Below are positions 41,586 through 56,565 of a stretch of DNA of 64,000 nt, one piece after another; position 1 is the first letter of the stretch; each line of letters opens with the position of its first letter. The DNA comes from Octopus vulgaris. Taxonomy: Eukaryota. Location of the stretch: contig OX597814.1 of NCBI GenBank assembly GCA_951406725.2, forward strand, positions 47,616,001 to 47,680,000. Direction: 5' to 3'. The position numbers and the translations under genes are program-made. The notes beneath the pieces are model-generated. The model did not search any database, was not told the DNA's origin, and worked only from the letters and a program-made list of their open reading frames with translations.

Positions 41586-43103
41586 AGGATATTGAATATT
41601 ATTACTAAAATGTTATGCGTCATATGACGTGCAAGTTTTGAAACATACTTTTACCACCTCGAGTAATATCAGGAAATATGACATACATACAATAATTGGA
41701 ATTTAACTGTTATCAAATTTCTTGGTGCTGATACACGATGAAATGAATATTGATTTTTAAAATATAAATATTTGTTACTTTAAAATAAAATAAACTTCTC
41801 ATTTGTATATTTGCAATAAATGCTATTATTTCTCTAATTTTTCTCGACATAATCGCAATCCACTCCATCAAAAACTTATTTCTGCAAAATTTCATTAAAA
41901 AATGTGTATTTTTCAGAAAGTTGTAAGAATCAAAATAGGTGGAGGGACACTAAACTGGAGTTATGCAACCCTCAACACCCCGCTCTCTCTCTCTCTTTCT
42001 GACAACTCATTTCCAAATGTAAACGAAAATATTATTTGTAAGTTTGCAAAAGAGAAATTTCAGCTGAATTGTAAATTTGCAAATATTTTTACGTGCATCT
42101 TTCATTTTAATAACAAATGTATTATTTTATGCGATGTTATCTTCATGAATTAACTACTTCATACTGTTGAGAAACGAAAATAGAAATCTATGACAGTGAT
42201 GTTTAATAATCGATATTTAAAACGTTACTTAATCGTTTCCCATACTCAGGAGATAAGTTTATTTTTGTACATTCCTAGTTTAATTTTGCTTCTTTTCGAA
42301 TCCCGGTTTTATGTTCGCCGTAAATTTTGTAAAACAATCGTCAATGTCGAGTGTGTATGCTCTTCTATGTGAATCTGTGTGTATGTGTGTGAGATAGATA
42401 GATAGAGAGAGAGAGAGAAGAGAGAGAGGGGAATAGAGGGAGAGAGGGACATACAGTCAGAGACAGACATACAGAGACAGATAATGTGTGTGCGTGTCTG
42501 TAAACTTCCATAATACAAAAAATCAGTACGAAGATAAATTTTGTTTTCATTTCCAAAATTAAATGAAATAAATGTGGTGTATTTTAACGCAAAGAAGGTA
42601 AGCGGTGGCTTCTTTTAACTGGCTCTTAAATCGATTCCCTCTGCCAATATGTTTACTGAATGATATATTTTGGTGGCATTAAATATTAGTGCTTTTTTTT
42701 CTTCTAGCTTATTAGTCATTTCTGTTGCTCCCCAAAACTCTATTCATCTTTTTAATCTTCCCTTGGTTCTTTTATACAAGAATACTCTCTCTCTCTGACA
42801 CTCGCGTTTCAATCGTATTTTTCATCTCCACAACGCTTCCTTTCTCTCTAGACACCTTCTCTAATTCAAATAAGCGTTACACTTCACAAGGTGTGCATGG
42901 GGCCGTAAAATTAAGAGAGAAGTAAAGTAGCGAAACAGAAAAGATATAATTTCGTGAAATACCTGGAGACTTTAAAGAATTAGTATTATGTTTCTCCCTT
43001 TTTTTTTCATGATTGATTTTGAACATTATTGCCTGAGTTTAGGCAAATAGTAAGTTCAACGTCGCAGCGTGTATATATATATATGTACACATACACATAT
43101 AAT

Positions 43104-43158
<55 letters not shown>

Positions 43159-43238
43159 AACATATATATATACACATACACATAATATATATATATATAT
43201 ATATATAAACATATATATATATACACATACACATAATA

Positions 43239-43298
<60 letters not shown>

Positions 43299-43654
43299 AT
43301 ATACATATACATATATACATATATGTATATATATATACATACACAAAGACACACATACACACAGATATATATGTATATACATATACACATGTGCATATGC
43401 AGATATCTATATAATTGCACGCTTGTATGTATGTATGTGTGTATATATGTATGATAAGTCACGCAAACAAAAACATACACAAGAAATTAAGCGCATGTAT
43501 TCATAAACATGTTTGAATATATAGACATTATAAATTCTCATATATACATATATGTGCACACACATATAATGTCCCTTTTGTGTGTGTGCGCGTGCATGTG
43601 TGCATATATATACGTATGTGTACAATTGTGTGTGCACGCGAGTAAGGTTGTTTA

Positions 43655-44364
<710 letters not shown>

Positions 44365-44446
44365 TTCTGTTCACCTAACTTGAAGGTGTGCGGAATATAC
44401 CGAACTGGGAAGGTGCCTCGATTTAAATACCTAATCCAACTGAATC

Positions 44447-44523
<77 letters not shown>

Positions 44524-44582
44524 AATAATAGAAAATGGAGACAAACGCACAAGATGTCATTTAAATCATTTATATCACCATG

Positions 44583-44668
44583 TCACCGATATATGTTTCA
44601 AGTGATGCATTAAAATAAATCCGAGGCAAAGAATAATGTGGAAAAATGCATCAATCTTATCAGGGAGG
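44583..44668 (-). ncRNA. Degenerate hammerhead-like motif
   Basis: CTCC-CTGATAA-gat-TGATGCATT..AATGCATCA-ctt-GAAAC-ATAT-ATC-GGTG; 9-bp stem II, mutated core. Confidence 0.45.
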
Positions 44669-44949
44669 AGATCTTAAACAACACTGCTCATCAATAAGCC
44701 ATTTTTGCAGATATAAGAAACTATAATATATTATATGTAATATGTATGGAAAACAGGTGGATAAGTAACGCCGGTAATTTTAAAATACCGTTAAGAAATT
44801 TGACGTCAGAAGAGAAGGAAGAGAGAAAGAGAATTAAAGGAGAAATGGAGGTTTAAACAAGTAGAAAGTGAATGATAGATGGATAGAAAAGATGAAGGAA
44901 AGAATGGGATGTGTGGGATGAAAAGAATAAAGAGTAAGTTGCAGCCTTT

Positions 44950-45480
44950 GATACGAACAAAATTGCACTTACTTGAAAACGGATCTCATACCACATAAAT
45001 TGATGCATCTACCACATCTATGTTCTTCCAGTGGTTTTATATGGGCTAGAATGTGTCAATTGGATTTCTGTTGCATTACAGAAACTGGAAATCTTTCAGG
45101 ATCATTTAATGCGACTTATTACCAATATCAAATTCTCAGACCATGTCAGAATCGAAGATCTAAGACAAATAACAAAATGACCTCCAGTCATCATAAATAA
45201 AGTACTCAAACTGTGTGGCCATACTAAGCGAATAGTTAGTTTGTAGAGTCAGCAAGATCTGTTTGGAAAACATGATTAATGGAAAGAGAACCAGAGGCCG
45301 GCAATCTAAGAAATGGGAGGTAACACCGCGACATGGACATGTCTTAACATAACTTCCCTGAACGCTCTTGCCAAAGATCGAATACTATGGAGGAAATTGT
45401 CTGATGTTCGTGTGCAGTCTGCCACTGGCGGAGACAGCGGAAATTGATGCTGATGATGATAATGATGATGATGATGATGA
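44950..45480 (+). mobile_element. RTE-clade LINE 3' end with (GAT)n tail
   Basis: LYGLECV..HLMRLITNIKFSDHVRIEDLRQIT..KLCGHTKR..CLENMINGKRTRGRQSKKW, followed by a gatgatgat tail. Confidence 0.75.
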
Positions 45481-45534
45481 AAATGTATATTTTATAACGG
45501 TGTAGACCTATCGAGAGAATCAATAATCTTACAT

Positions 45535-45827
45535 TGTAGTGCCCGAAGTCACCAACTGGGCAGTGAAATATATACTCAAACAGATGTCAAGAAGGAAAAT
45601 ACTCGACAACAATCTCCTCGATCGATACCATCTTTGATGGAATCGAAATTCCGAGAGAACTTGCCGAACTATACAAGCCGTGTATGATCAAAGAGAATTA
45701 TAGCTGCGTGGTTAGGAAGCTTGTTTTGCAACCACGTTGTTTCGGTTTCAAACCCACTACACGCTACCTTGGGTGTCTTCTACAACAGCCTCGGATTGAC
45801 GGAAACTGTGAGGAAACTCGTTGTATA

Positions 45828-45858
<31 letters not shown>

Positions 45859-46390
45859 ATGCGGGTGTGTGTGTGTGCGTGTGAGTGAGCGTGTGTGTAT
45901 GCATGTGCGCGTGTCTTTGTGTATGTCTTGTGTTTGTCTTCAACCTCTGCTTAACGTATTGGTTTGTTGACATCCTTGTAAGTTGGCGTTTCGACAAAAG
46001 AGACCCAAGTATAAGTAACAGGCATTAAAATATAAGTACTGAAGTCGATTTGTTCGACTGAACCCTTCAAGGTGCATCCCAGCATGGCCGCAGTCCAATG
46101 CCTGAAACGAGTAAAAGGAATACGATATGCTATTGCGACAACATTCATTGCTTATGAGAAAAGCTTTGATTCGGCAGAGAAGCAAGTTGTGTTGAACTGG
46201 TTGAAAGATCAAGGCATTGAAGAAAATCTACATCCGCTCGAAGAAAGCTATCTATGCGTATAGCGTGGATATCACGTGTCGAGTGATAACATCCAAACAA
46301 AGAGGACAAGAGAGCATCCTATTATCAAAAGTTTTTACAGCATGCCCGTTAGGCCGGGAGAAGAGAAGAATAAATATCAATGGAAACAAC
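45535..46390 (+). mobile_element. Internally deleted RTE RT fragment interrupted by a family B SINE (about 45700-46120)
   Basis: VPEVTNWAVKYILKQM lies before the SINE; FIAYEKSFDSAEKQVVLNWLKDQGI (FIDYEKAFDSV-like) lies after it. Confidence 0.7.
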
Positions 46391-46620
46391 AGATCTGTTC
46401 GATCTCAGTGACGGATTTTTTAATTGATTTTTTTGAACTAAACAATTTGAAACTTCGAATACTGGTAGAATTTCTCACGTAGAACACGGTTTACTCTGAA
46501 TGTTTTTGATAAAATTTCGTATTTTAGCAGTTATTTCGTGTTAAAGTTGTCGTTTTAGGGTAATTTCAACCAATCGACGACGTGTATTCGGTTGAAGAAA
46601 GCTACTGTTGTTTGCAATAG
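46391..46620 (+). mobile_element. Old relative of the Merlin-like MITE at 9857
   Basis: Shares aaacttcg(t/a)atactggtagaat and aatttcaaccaatc segments. Confidence 0.55.
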
Positions 46621-48540
46621 TAATCGAAGAGGAACAACTTCCGGGTCATCTCTAGTAAATGTCACCACTCTGTATATCGAGCGAAGATGATGCCACCTTT
46701 ATCTTTTCTGCTTTTCTAGTCAGCACCGTGCATTCCTTACTCTTTCCCTCCCTTCTACACTATCAACTAGCAGCCATCGAGTGAACTTGTCACTGCCACT
46801 ACAATTACCGTATTTTCCGGTGTATAAGCCGCTATTTGTTTTGTCTTACCCACATGTTTTGATAATGTTATTTTTTTTTATCTAATAAAGACTTTTATAT
46901 TGACGAGATGTGTTTGTTGTTGATTATAGTAAGATAAAATCATGACAATAATAATACATCTCATAGTTGTAAAATAAGGCATTTCGAAACTACATAGTAA
47001 GTTAATTAATAAATTAACACAAATGGTAAGTATTAAGGCGTTTCATTTTAGAAGTGAAAACTCTTTCCATTCAGAATTCAAATCTTGTCGGGGTCGAGGA
47101 AATAAGAGCTAGTTAAGGACTAGAGTTGATTTAATTGCCTGTCAGGTGTCTTGGTTTCTTGAAGCAAGGTGATGCAGACAAGAAAAGTGAATGAATCTTT
47201 TTAGTGCTTTTTGTGCTTTAAGGGTAGAAGGGGATGTAAACCTCAAAGGCTACAGGTTTTATCCGAGAAGCAGTGTCCTCAGACTTTATTAATTTTGAAA
47301 GAAATAACTTTAGAATGGCACTAATATTTGATGAGTGAAGAGGTGTGTGACACACCCGACAGAAAAAAAGGCAAACATTCATGATTGCTGATGCTATATA
47401 CAAGAATTTCGTAGTTAAAACGACACCAGTTTTATCAAGCTTGTTTAAAATACCCAGGGTTTTTAATTCTGGTGAATTGTGAACTTTTTTAATTCTTCAT
47501 TCTACTGTATAGTCTTTCAATAGTTTTAAATTTCAAAATAGCATTCTGTATATCTTCATGTGGATATACTGTAGAAAGCCAGAAAACTGAAGTGTTCATC
47601 CCAAGAGAGTATCTCGTATAGGGCTAAAAAGCACAGAATTATATCAGTAACAGGCAAAAAAACATCCCGCAGTGGGGATACAGTTGCTAAACTCAAATTT
47701 CTAGTTCTTTGAACAGCATCAGTAGCAAGTATTCGCGAGCCACCGCATGCCAAGACAAATTCAGCTCCCACTGATACAGAAAAAACAGTGATTAACAAAT
47801 CACTGGTGTCGCAAAGATAAAATATTTCAAATTTTAAAATTCTTTGGAAATAAAGCACAATTGAAGAATATTTTATCAAAAGTTTCCAATGTAATATTAT
47901 TGGTATCCTAATTCTTAGAGACAATTTTCATATCCTCCTACGTATGTATTTATTGTGAATTGTTCAAGTAGTGTGTAAACATTTGTTTTATGTACTATTA
48001 ATGGTGGTGAAATATGAGTCAATGATATTTTATTATGTATCATAATTACAGCAAGTTTGTATATCAAACGTTTCTGGTCGAGTATTTTATAGCTGTCTGT
48101 TTCTATTTGGCTTCACATAAAATTTGAATCACCTTAGTCTTGTACATTTTACAATATTATTATTATTATTAATCCGATTATTTTTAAGATTGTGTTAAAG
48201 TTTGTATGTTCATTCACTTTCCAGACCTCTAAATCATTAAATTATGTAAAATATTTTGTAAAAAGGAGCGCTAGTAATCAGACGACGACCAAAAGTAGAT
48301 TAAACAAACAAAATTTATGTGATGAATATGTCTTTTGTTAATTATTTTGTTCATATGATGAGCCATATGAGGTTTATTCTATAGATAAACTATTTTAATG
48401 TTTAAAACTAACATTTATGGTATAAATAAACAATTAGAATGCATTCAATTATAGAGATGAGCAGAAAACACTCTTATTTGCGGCCATATTCTATTTGCTT
48501 GCTTACAAGCTGTACCAACTCTCGTATAACGTTTCATAAA

Positions 48541-48637
<97 letters not shown>

Positions 48638-48802
48638 GTATGTATATATATAAGCAATCGGCTGATGAAATACACTATATTTTAGAATCGTTTAAAATCA
48701 TACTGAAATGATCCATTCGGATTATCCTTTAGAGGGGCATCCAATTTTGTATAACATCTTCATTCACAAATATGCAAATCATAACTAATCTAAACACGTG
48801 CG

Positions 48803-48851
<49 letters not shown>

Positions 48852-48856
48852 GCACA

Positions 48857-48905
<49 letters not shown>

Positions 48906-49484
48906 ACGCACACATTCTTTCTTTCAGAGATTGGAACTTGTATCAGGTTGTAGTCTTGGAAAGCTCTGTCAAAATAAAAATAAAATAAACATGTCCTGAT
49001 AAAATAAACATGTCCTCTGAAAATCTGAAAACTGCGTAACAAAAACCACCATCGTAAAGCAGTAAACAAAATGCTGAACATTCTATCATAAAAAAACCCC
49101 ACTCTTTATTGGTATATCCATATACATTTTAATTATACTTTAATATCCTTATACAAATGTATGATTACGACCTACTGTGGCAGTCATATTTGTCTAGAAA
49201 TAGCACAAATAATTTCTTTTTCTGCAATGTAATTTGCAACGTATAGATAACAACTATAAAAATAAATATCAGTTTCTTGGACACAAATGAACCGAGTGCT
49301 AACTGAATCACACCAGTGGAGTAAAAGAGTTGTCTGCATATAATATACTTTTAAAAACACTTATGTGCTATTCTATATTGTTAGCTGTGAGATAATAAAG
49401 TTGTTTTATGAGCCGCTGTTGCTGGTCAGCGATTGAATCTTACAGACAAGGCAAGGGTTTTGTTATGTGCGCACAAACTATGTA

Positions 49485-50356
49485 CAGGGTGCTCCAAAAG
49501 TCACTGATGGGTTTCAGTTTTTAATCACTTCCTTAACTTTACAAATAAATGCATGAAATTTGATACAATATAAAGGATATTATAGAAATTAATTATTTAA
49601 CCTTTTCTCTCTCTTTCCAGTTTTTATGTGCTTTCATTTGAATAGGTTCATCAACAAACAAAATTGCCGTTTTGGTGCCCTGAGAACCTGAAAACAGTAC
49701 ACCTACGAGAACTGCACCATGTAAGGTGCACAGTATGGTGTGGATTGGCAGCAGATGAAATTATCGGTTCTTGTTTCTTTGAGGACGATGACGGAAATGC
49801 TGTCACGGTGACTGGAGAACGGTACAGAATCATGATTGAGACCTTTGTGTGCCTGGCCATTCAAAGTAGACCTCACATATGGTTCCAGCAAGATAGGACA
49901 ACTGCTCATACCACAAGAGAAACAATGCAGTTGCTATGGCATATACACTTTGGAGAGAGAATAATCTCCCGCTACAGCAATGTCAACTGGCCTTCACGTT
50001 CCCTAGACTTGGCTAGACCTGATTTTTTTCTTGTGGGAATACCTGAAAGAGAGGGTTTACGTCAACAAACCAGAAACCCTGGTGCAACTGAGGAGAACAT
50101 CAATAGAGAAATCAGAGAAGTGGGTTCTGAAACTCTTGAGGGTGTTATGGTGCAAGTTTTGGAAAGTGCATGGGCGTGCGAATCCGAAAATGGCTGCCAT
50201 TTAAGCGACCCCAATTTCCAAATGTGATGTAGTGGTGTTGCTAAAATTGGACTCATGCATAGTAATTTCCATTATGTCCTTTATAATGTATCAAAATTGT
50301 AAAGTTAAGGAAGTTATTAAAAATTGAAACCCATCAGTGACTTTTGGGACACTCTG
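49485..50356 (+). mobile_element. Tc1/mariner (maT, DD37D-like) internally deleted transposon
   Basis: Termini TA|CAGGGTGCTCCAAAAGTCACTGATGGGTTTC...GAAACCCATCAGTGACTTTTGGGACACTCTG|TA. ORF 49664-50227 has TVWCGL, WFQQDRTTAHT and WPSRSLDLARPDFFL; the N-terminal half is missing. Confidence 0.9.
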
Positions 50357-50845
50357 TATAATGATCTGTGCACAGAAAGATTTACAGGTTTAAAAAGGAA
50401 GTACTTAATATATTTTCCTATACAAACATCGATATATCTTCACACGCGCGCACGCACACACTCTCTCTTTCTCACACGCGCGCGCACGCACACACACTTA
50501 AGAATAAACACAAAACCAAATGTTGATATTTCTAATGTATATAATACACGTGTTTTTTGTAAGTGGAAGATAATCCCTACATAATACAACCTTCTTTAGT
50601 CAATCACTTCAAAATATTTTGAAATATTTGACTGACTAGGGTAGCATTTTGGAAAGATTATCTTAGGTAACTACAAGAAATGCGTTTAAATGATTTCAAA
50701 ATATTAACATTTGGTTTTGTCTTCATTGTGGTATTATGCGACACTTTTTTTTAATAACAATCTAGACTGTTCTTGCTTTGATAATACGATTTAATACAAG
50801 GATGTTGGAGTTTCATAATCTACACACACAAACACACACACACAC

Positions 50846-50916
<71 letters not shown>

Positions 50917-51598
50917 GTTTTATTTATAACTATATATAGTTTTATTTTTTGATATTCGATTCATCTTAGTTTTTGTGAATGTTCAGCTGTGACAGAGTAC
51001 ATGAAAAAGAATCTTTTGTATATAGTTTAACATAATCCCCGTTGGATTATGCAGATATTTTCATTTTGTCTTCATAATAAGCAATCATAGAATGGCCTGT
51101 CAAAGAAAGAAAAGAAAAATGTTTTTCTTTTGAAGTATCTTAAAATATATAGAATTAAGAAGAAAAGAAAAAAAAAACGCGATAGAATGTCTAAGAACAA
51201 GCAAATAAAATCACCACCAGCTAATTAGTGTTTAATTAAATTAGTTTACCTAATAGAAATGATTACACACGAAACCAGTACAAAAATTAATAATATACTG
51301 AGATTGTCGCATAGATGAAGATGAACAGACATAAAGAAAAGAAAAGATAAAAAATATTCTTCGAAATTGAAGCCATAGAAACGCAATAGAAAAATTGTGT
51401 AAACATAAATCATTTCGTCGTTTAAAAGGGTATAAATATAAATATAAATATAATATACGTACATATATAATCTGTCTGTCTGTCTACCTGTCTGTCTATC
51501 TGTCTCTACCTACCTACCTACCTACCTACCTACCTACCTACCTACCTACCTACCTACCTACCTACTTACCTACCTACCTACCTGTCTACCTACCTACA

Positions 51599-51684
<86 letters not shown>

Positions 51685-51754
51685 ATCTAGTCACGCTCAC
51701 ATTTATAATTAATATATACACACACATACACACATATATATATGTATGTATGTA

Positions 51755-51806
<52 letters not shown>

Positions 51807-51835
51807 TATATACATATATATATACATATATATGT

Positions 51836-51866
<31 letters not shown>

Positions 51867-51882
51867 CATATACATGTGTATG

Positions 51883-51950
<68 letters not shown>

Positions 51951-52212
51951 CATATATATACATATATATATACATATATATGTATACATACATATATATC
52001 ACCGTGATCACCGTGACCGACCAGGCTATCAGATGTTGCTACACATCGCTGGTCACAATGCGCTTCGCATTGTTTTAGCCTTCAAATGACGCCACCCCGC
52101 TGGCTAAGCGAGCAGGCCAACATACATACATACATATATATATATATTTACATATACATGTGTGTGTATTTATATATATATATATATATATATTTACATA
52201 TACATGTGTGTG

Positions 52213-52268
<56 letters not shown>

Positions 52269-52271
52269 TGC

Positions 52272-52320
<49 letters not shown>

Positions 52321-52329
52321 ACTAACTAA

Positions 52330-52397
<68 letters not shown>

Positions 52398-52905
52398 ATT
52401 GATTCGAATTATAATAGTTTTCACAATCAGTCTTGCAAGTTGTTGGCTTTGTGTGGGTTTTGTTCAGTCGTCTGAGCATAGCTTGAGAAATATTCCGTAG
52501 TATGAAACTTAACGTCACGAAGTATAACCAATAAGAATCCAATCCAGTTTGTGTGTGTGTGCGTAAGCCTGCGTAATGTACCCCTACGTGGCCCTTAATC
52601 TACTCTTGGGAGACCAATGAATAAATACTTGGTCTTATTGTAATTATATGAGGAGCAAGTTAGCCAGGCAGAACCTTCTCACTCGCCAGGCAATTCATTA
52701 CGGTTGGATTCGCAGGAGCAAGACATAAGCAGAGTGAAATAGCAGAACATTATACATTTCTCCCTCCACCACCTCTTTCATGTATATACTTACACACATA
52801 TAACTCTCTCTCTCTCTCTCTCTCTCTTTCTCACACACACACACACATACCTATATCTATATATCTCTCTATATATATATCAACCTTCGAGTAACGAAGA
52901 TATAA

Positions 52906-53275
52906 GGAGTGGCTGTGTGGTAAAGTAGCTTACTTACCAACCACATGGTTCTGGGTTCAGTCCCACTGCGTGGCACCTTGGGCAAGTGTCTTCTACTATA
53001 GCCTCGGGCCGACCAAAGCCTTGTGAGTGGATTTGGTAGACGGAAACTGAAAGAAGCCCGTCGTATATGTGTATATGTAGGTATATGTGCGTGTTTGTGT
53101 GTCTGTGTTTGTCCCCCAACATCGCTTGACAACCGATGCTGGTGTGTTTACACCCCCGATAAAATAAGTACTAGGCTTACAAAGAATAAGTCCTGGGGTC
53201 GATTTGCTTGACTAAAGGCGGTGCTCCAGCATGGCCGCAGTCAAATGACTGAAACAAGTAAAAGAGTAAAAGAGT
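52906..53275 (+). mobile_element. SINE family B, near full length
   Basis: tRNA-like head, caccttgggcaagtgtctt domain, internal (TG/TA) tract, and tail ..gctccagcatggccgcagtcaaatgactgaaacaagt(aaaagagt)2. Confidence 0.92.
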
Positions 53276-53309
53276 ATATTCGATATATATACATATATAT
53301 ATATATTCA

Positions 53310-54738
53310 TTTTTTTTTTGCTTGTTTCAGCCTAGAGCTGCGGCCATGCTGATGCACCGCCGTTTTGTGCTACACTGTTATTACGAAGAACCTCCTCAAT
53401 ATGTGGCACTTGGTGAAGAATGGAGTTTGACATAGCTACTCTCATTTGCACCTTTTGCCGTGAGGTAGGTTCATCTGGGACTCTCGACAGGAAGATGTCC
53501 AGCTTTGATTTAAAAACTGTTACATCTACTTTGTGCAAGCTCCTCAGACTCTTTGGGAGAATATTAAAAAGCTGTGGGCCCTTGAAACCCAGGCTGTTGC
53601 TGAAGCTGGTCCTGAAGCGTGATGGCATTGCTGGGATCTTTGGCACTATGCAGTGTCGTCCAGTTCTAGCATTGGTGTAGCTTACAATGCCAAAATTTGG
53701 CACAATTCCTTCCAGGATCTTCCAGACATATATTACTGCATACCTCTCCCGTCTTCTCTCTAAGGAGTAGAGTCTTAGCTGTTTCAACCTTTCCCAGTAG
53801 CTGAGCTGTTGCAAAGAGATGATCTTCTTTGTGAATCTTTTCTGGATTGCTTCAAGGTCCGCTGTTTATTTTACACTGGTGAGTGACCATAGCTGTGAGC
53901 AGTAATCCAGGCGGCTGAGGACGAATGTCCACCAGAGGACCATCATGGTTTCCTTATCTCTGGTTCTGAATGTTCTTAGGATCCACCCAGCCAGTCGTCT
54001 GCACTTTGTCGTCATCCTGGTAATGTGCACTTGGAAAGAGGTATCATCACTCATGTCGATACCCAGGTCCCTCACAGACTTAGGCTCTGGGATTGAAATT
54101 CCCTGTGGACCGGTGTATCCTGTAGGTTTAATATTCAGTTTTGGATGCTGGTAGTGCAGGGCCTGGAATTTTTCAGCATTAAACTGCATATTATTATCCT
54201 CAGCCCATCTGTAGATTGAGTCCAACTCCTACTGCAGGCGTGCAACATCGCTGGGGTTCTGTATTTTCTACGAGACTTTCGTATCGTCTGCATAGCTGGC
54301 CAGAGTAGCTATCCGGGCATTTGAGGGCATATCTGAGAGGGCGACTATAAAAAGCAATGGTCCCAAGACAGTGCCCTGTGGAACACCGCTCACTATTTGT
54401 GTGTTCATAGAGGTGGCTCCATTAACCACTACTGCCTGACTCCTATCTTTCAGGAAGTCATGTAACCACACTCCAAGTTTTCCAGCTATGCCGAGGTCAC
54501 GCAGTTCGTGGCATATCATACCATGATCCACCTTGTCAAAAGCTTTTGCAAAATCAAGGTATATTACGTCCACATTTGATTTGTTGAGTAACTGCCTCAA
54601 CACCCAGTCATAATGTTGTAAGGGCTGGGTCAGGCAGCTCCTACCTGGTCGAAAACCATGCTGGGTATCACTCAGAAAGTTATTTTCCTCAAGGAATGCG
54701 ATTAGTTTCTTTCTGACTATCCGTTCCATGACTTTGGA
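53310..54738 (-). mobile_element. 5'-truncated CR1-clade LINE (RT domain to 3' end), frameshifted
   Basis: QHGFRPGRSCLTQ, YLDFAKAFDKVDH, SGVPQGTVLGPLLF, YADDTK, RDLGI, LDYCSQLW, LSYWERLKQLRLYSLERRRERY; A-rich tail. Confidence 0.93.
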
Positions 54739-54865
54739 GAAATAAAAACTTACTTGGAGAAATAAGAAAGCGACGCGAGGCGTTCAATCATATAATAACA
54801 AGTAAAACATATTCATACATAAATACATATATGTACATACCTACATCTATATGTATATATACATG

Positions 54866-54911
<46 letters not shown>

Positions 54912-55159
54912 TGTATATATACATATAGATGTAGGTATGTACATATATGTATGTATGTATGCATATGTTTTATTTGTTAAATTGTTACATATATATATAT
55001 ATCCCTTCTTTCCTGAGCGTCCAATAATACTTTATTTGTTCCACATCCTTGCGTTGTTGTTTTTGTTTTTTTGTTTTCTTGTTTGGATTAACTTTATATA
55101 TATATATATATATAACGGGAAGCTTTATGAAAATAAGCAAAAGACGAAGGCAGGTGGAG

Positions 55160-55197
55160 TCTTTTACGTTTCGAGCCTACGCTCTTCAACAGAAAGA
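55160..55197 (-). ncRNA. Minimal hammerhead-like motif (CUGUUGA variant)
   Basis: TCTTT-CTGTTGA-A-GAGC-gtag-GCTC-GAAA-CGTA-AAAGA. Confidence 0.65.
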
Positions 55198-55444
55198 TAC
55201 ACAGAAAAGAAACACGGAGAGAAACAAGGAGAGAAAAAAAATGCGTGCAGAAGCTAGCGATTCAACATGGCGATCTGATTCCGGCCAGAAGTCAGAGATC
55301 AAACGTGAGACGCAAGAGCGAAAATAGGGGAGATAACAGGGTCAAATGACTTCGCCCCATCATAAGGGTGCGTGTGTGTATGAGAGAGTATGTAGTGCGT
55401 ATGAAAGGTCTGGACGTGTGTATGTATGTATGATGTGATGTAGT

Positions 55445-55770
55445 GAGGGCGCGTGGCTTAGTGGTTAGGGCATTCGGCTCATGATCGTAAGGTTGTGAGT
55501 TCGATTCCCGGCGACGCGTTGTGTCCTTGAGCAAGACACTTTATTTCACGTTGCTCCAGTCCACTCAGCTGGCAAAAATGAGTTGTACTTGTATTTCAAA
55601 GGGTCAGCCTTGTCACTCTGTGTCACGCTGATTATCCCCGAGAACTACGTTAAGGGTACACGTGTCTGTGGAATGCTCAGCCATTTGCACGTTAATTTCA
55701 CGAGCAAGCTGTTCCGTTGATCGTATCAGCTGGGACCCTCGTCGTCGTAACCGGCGGAGTCTTTTTTTTT
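55445..55770 (+). mobile_element. tRNA-derived SINE, family D, inserted in the Penelope 3' region
   Basis: gggcgcgtggcttagtggttagggc..gagttcgattccc..gtgtccttgagcaagacacttta; ends in a T run. Confidence 0.88.
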
Positions 55771-56565
55771 TAATTATGTGATGTGTAATGTCGTATGGTG
55801 TAGTGTAGAGAGAGGAGATTAGGGGGAGAGGGGAAGGGGAGGGAGGAGATGAGGGGGAGGGGAGGAGAGATGAGGGGGAGGGGAAGAGGGGGAGAAGGAA
55901 AGAGGAGAATAGGAGGGAGGGGGGAGAAGAGGAAAGGTGAGAGTGAGGAGGGGGAGACGAGGGGAGGGGGAGAGGGGGAAAAGGAAAGAAGGACGGGGTG
56001 AGGGTGAGATGAGATGAGATGAGGGTGAGGGTGAGAGGAGGGATAAGGAAAGAGGAGAAGAGGAGGGAGGAGGGGGAAAGGGGGATAAAGAAGGAGAGGA
56101 GAAGAGGAGGGGTATGGGAAAGGAGGGGGAGAGGAGGAGGGGAGGATAGGGAGAGGGGGAGAGAGAAGGGGAGTGAGGGAGCAGAGAGGAAGAGAGAAGG
56201 GGAAGAGGGAAGAAGAAATAGGAAAGAAGAGGAGGGAAGAAGGGAAGAGGAGGGAAGAAGGGAAGAGGAGGGAAAGAGAGTAGGGGTGAAAAGATGAAGG
56301 ACTGAAGAGAAGTAGGAGTCGGGGGGAGGTTAGATGAGGAGGGGGAGTGTTGAGACCAAATGGCGTAAAAGAGCGAAGAGAGAAGATTAATCCCTGTTCA
56401 CGGCGCAAACGGGAATCCGGATAGCCTCTGTGTAAGGACAAACCGAACACAGACAGGTGTTGCAAGGAGTGACCGGTGGAGCGGAAATGGCGTGAGACCG
56501 GTGTGTCGTTGGCAAGGCGGATGTCACGGAGGTGTTCCGCGAACCGGTCAGCCAAGCGGCGTTCC

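Noticed and set aside
48655-48700. Isolated CTGATGA boxes (also 1664, 21747, 23761, 25254)
   Set aside because: No correctly placed stem II, GAAA and UH; consistent with chance matches.
55445-55520. tRNA-like sequences (also 36060-36133, 43780-43854 and SINE A/B heads)
   Set aside because: They are SINE heads continuing into SINE bodies; no complete acceptor stem or standalone tRNA gene.
55770-56555. 261-aa ORF as a Pro/Leu/Ser-rich protein
   Set aside because: Only the first ~70 aa are GIY-YIG C-terminus; the rest is read-through of a pyrimidine tract.
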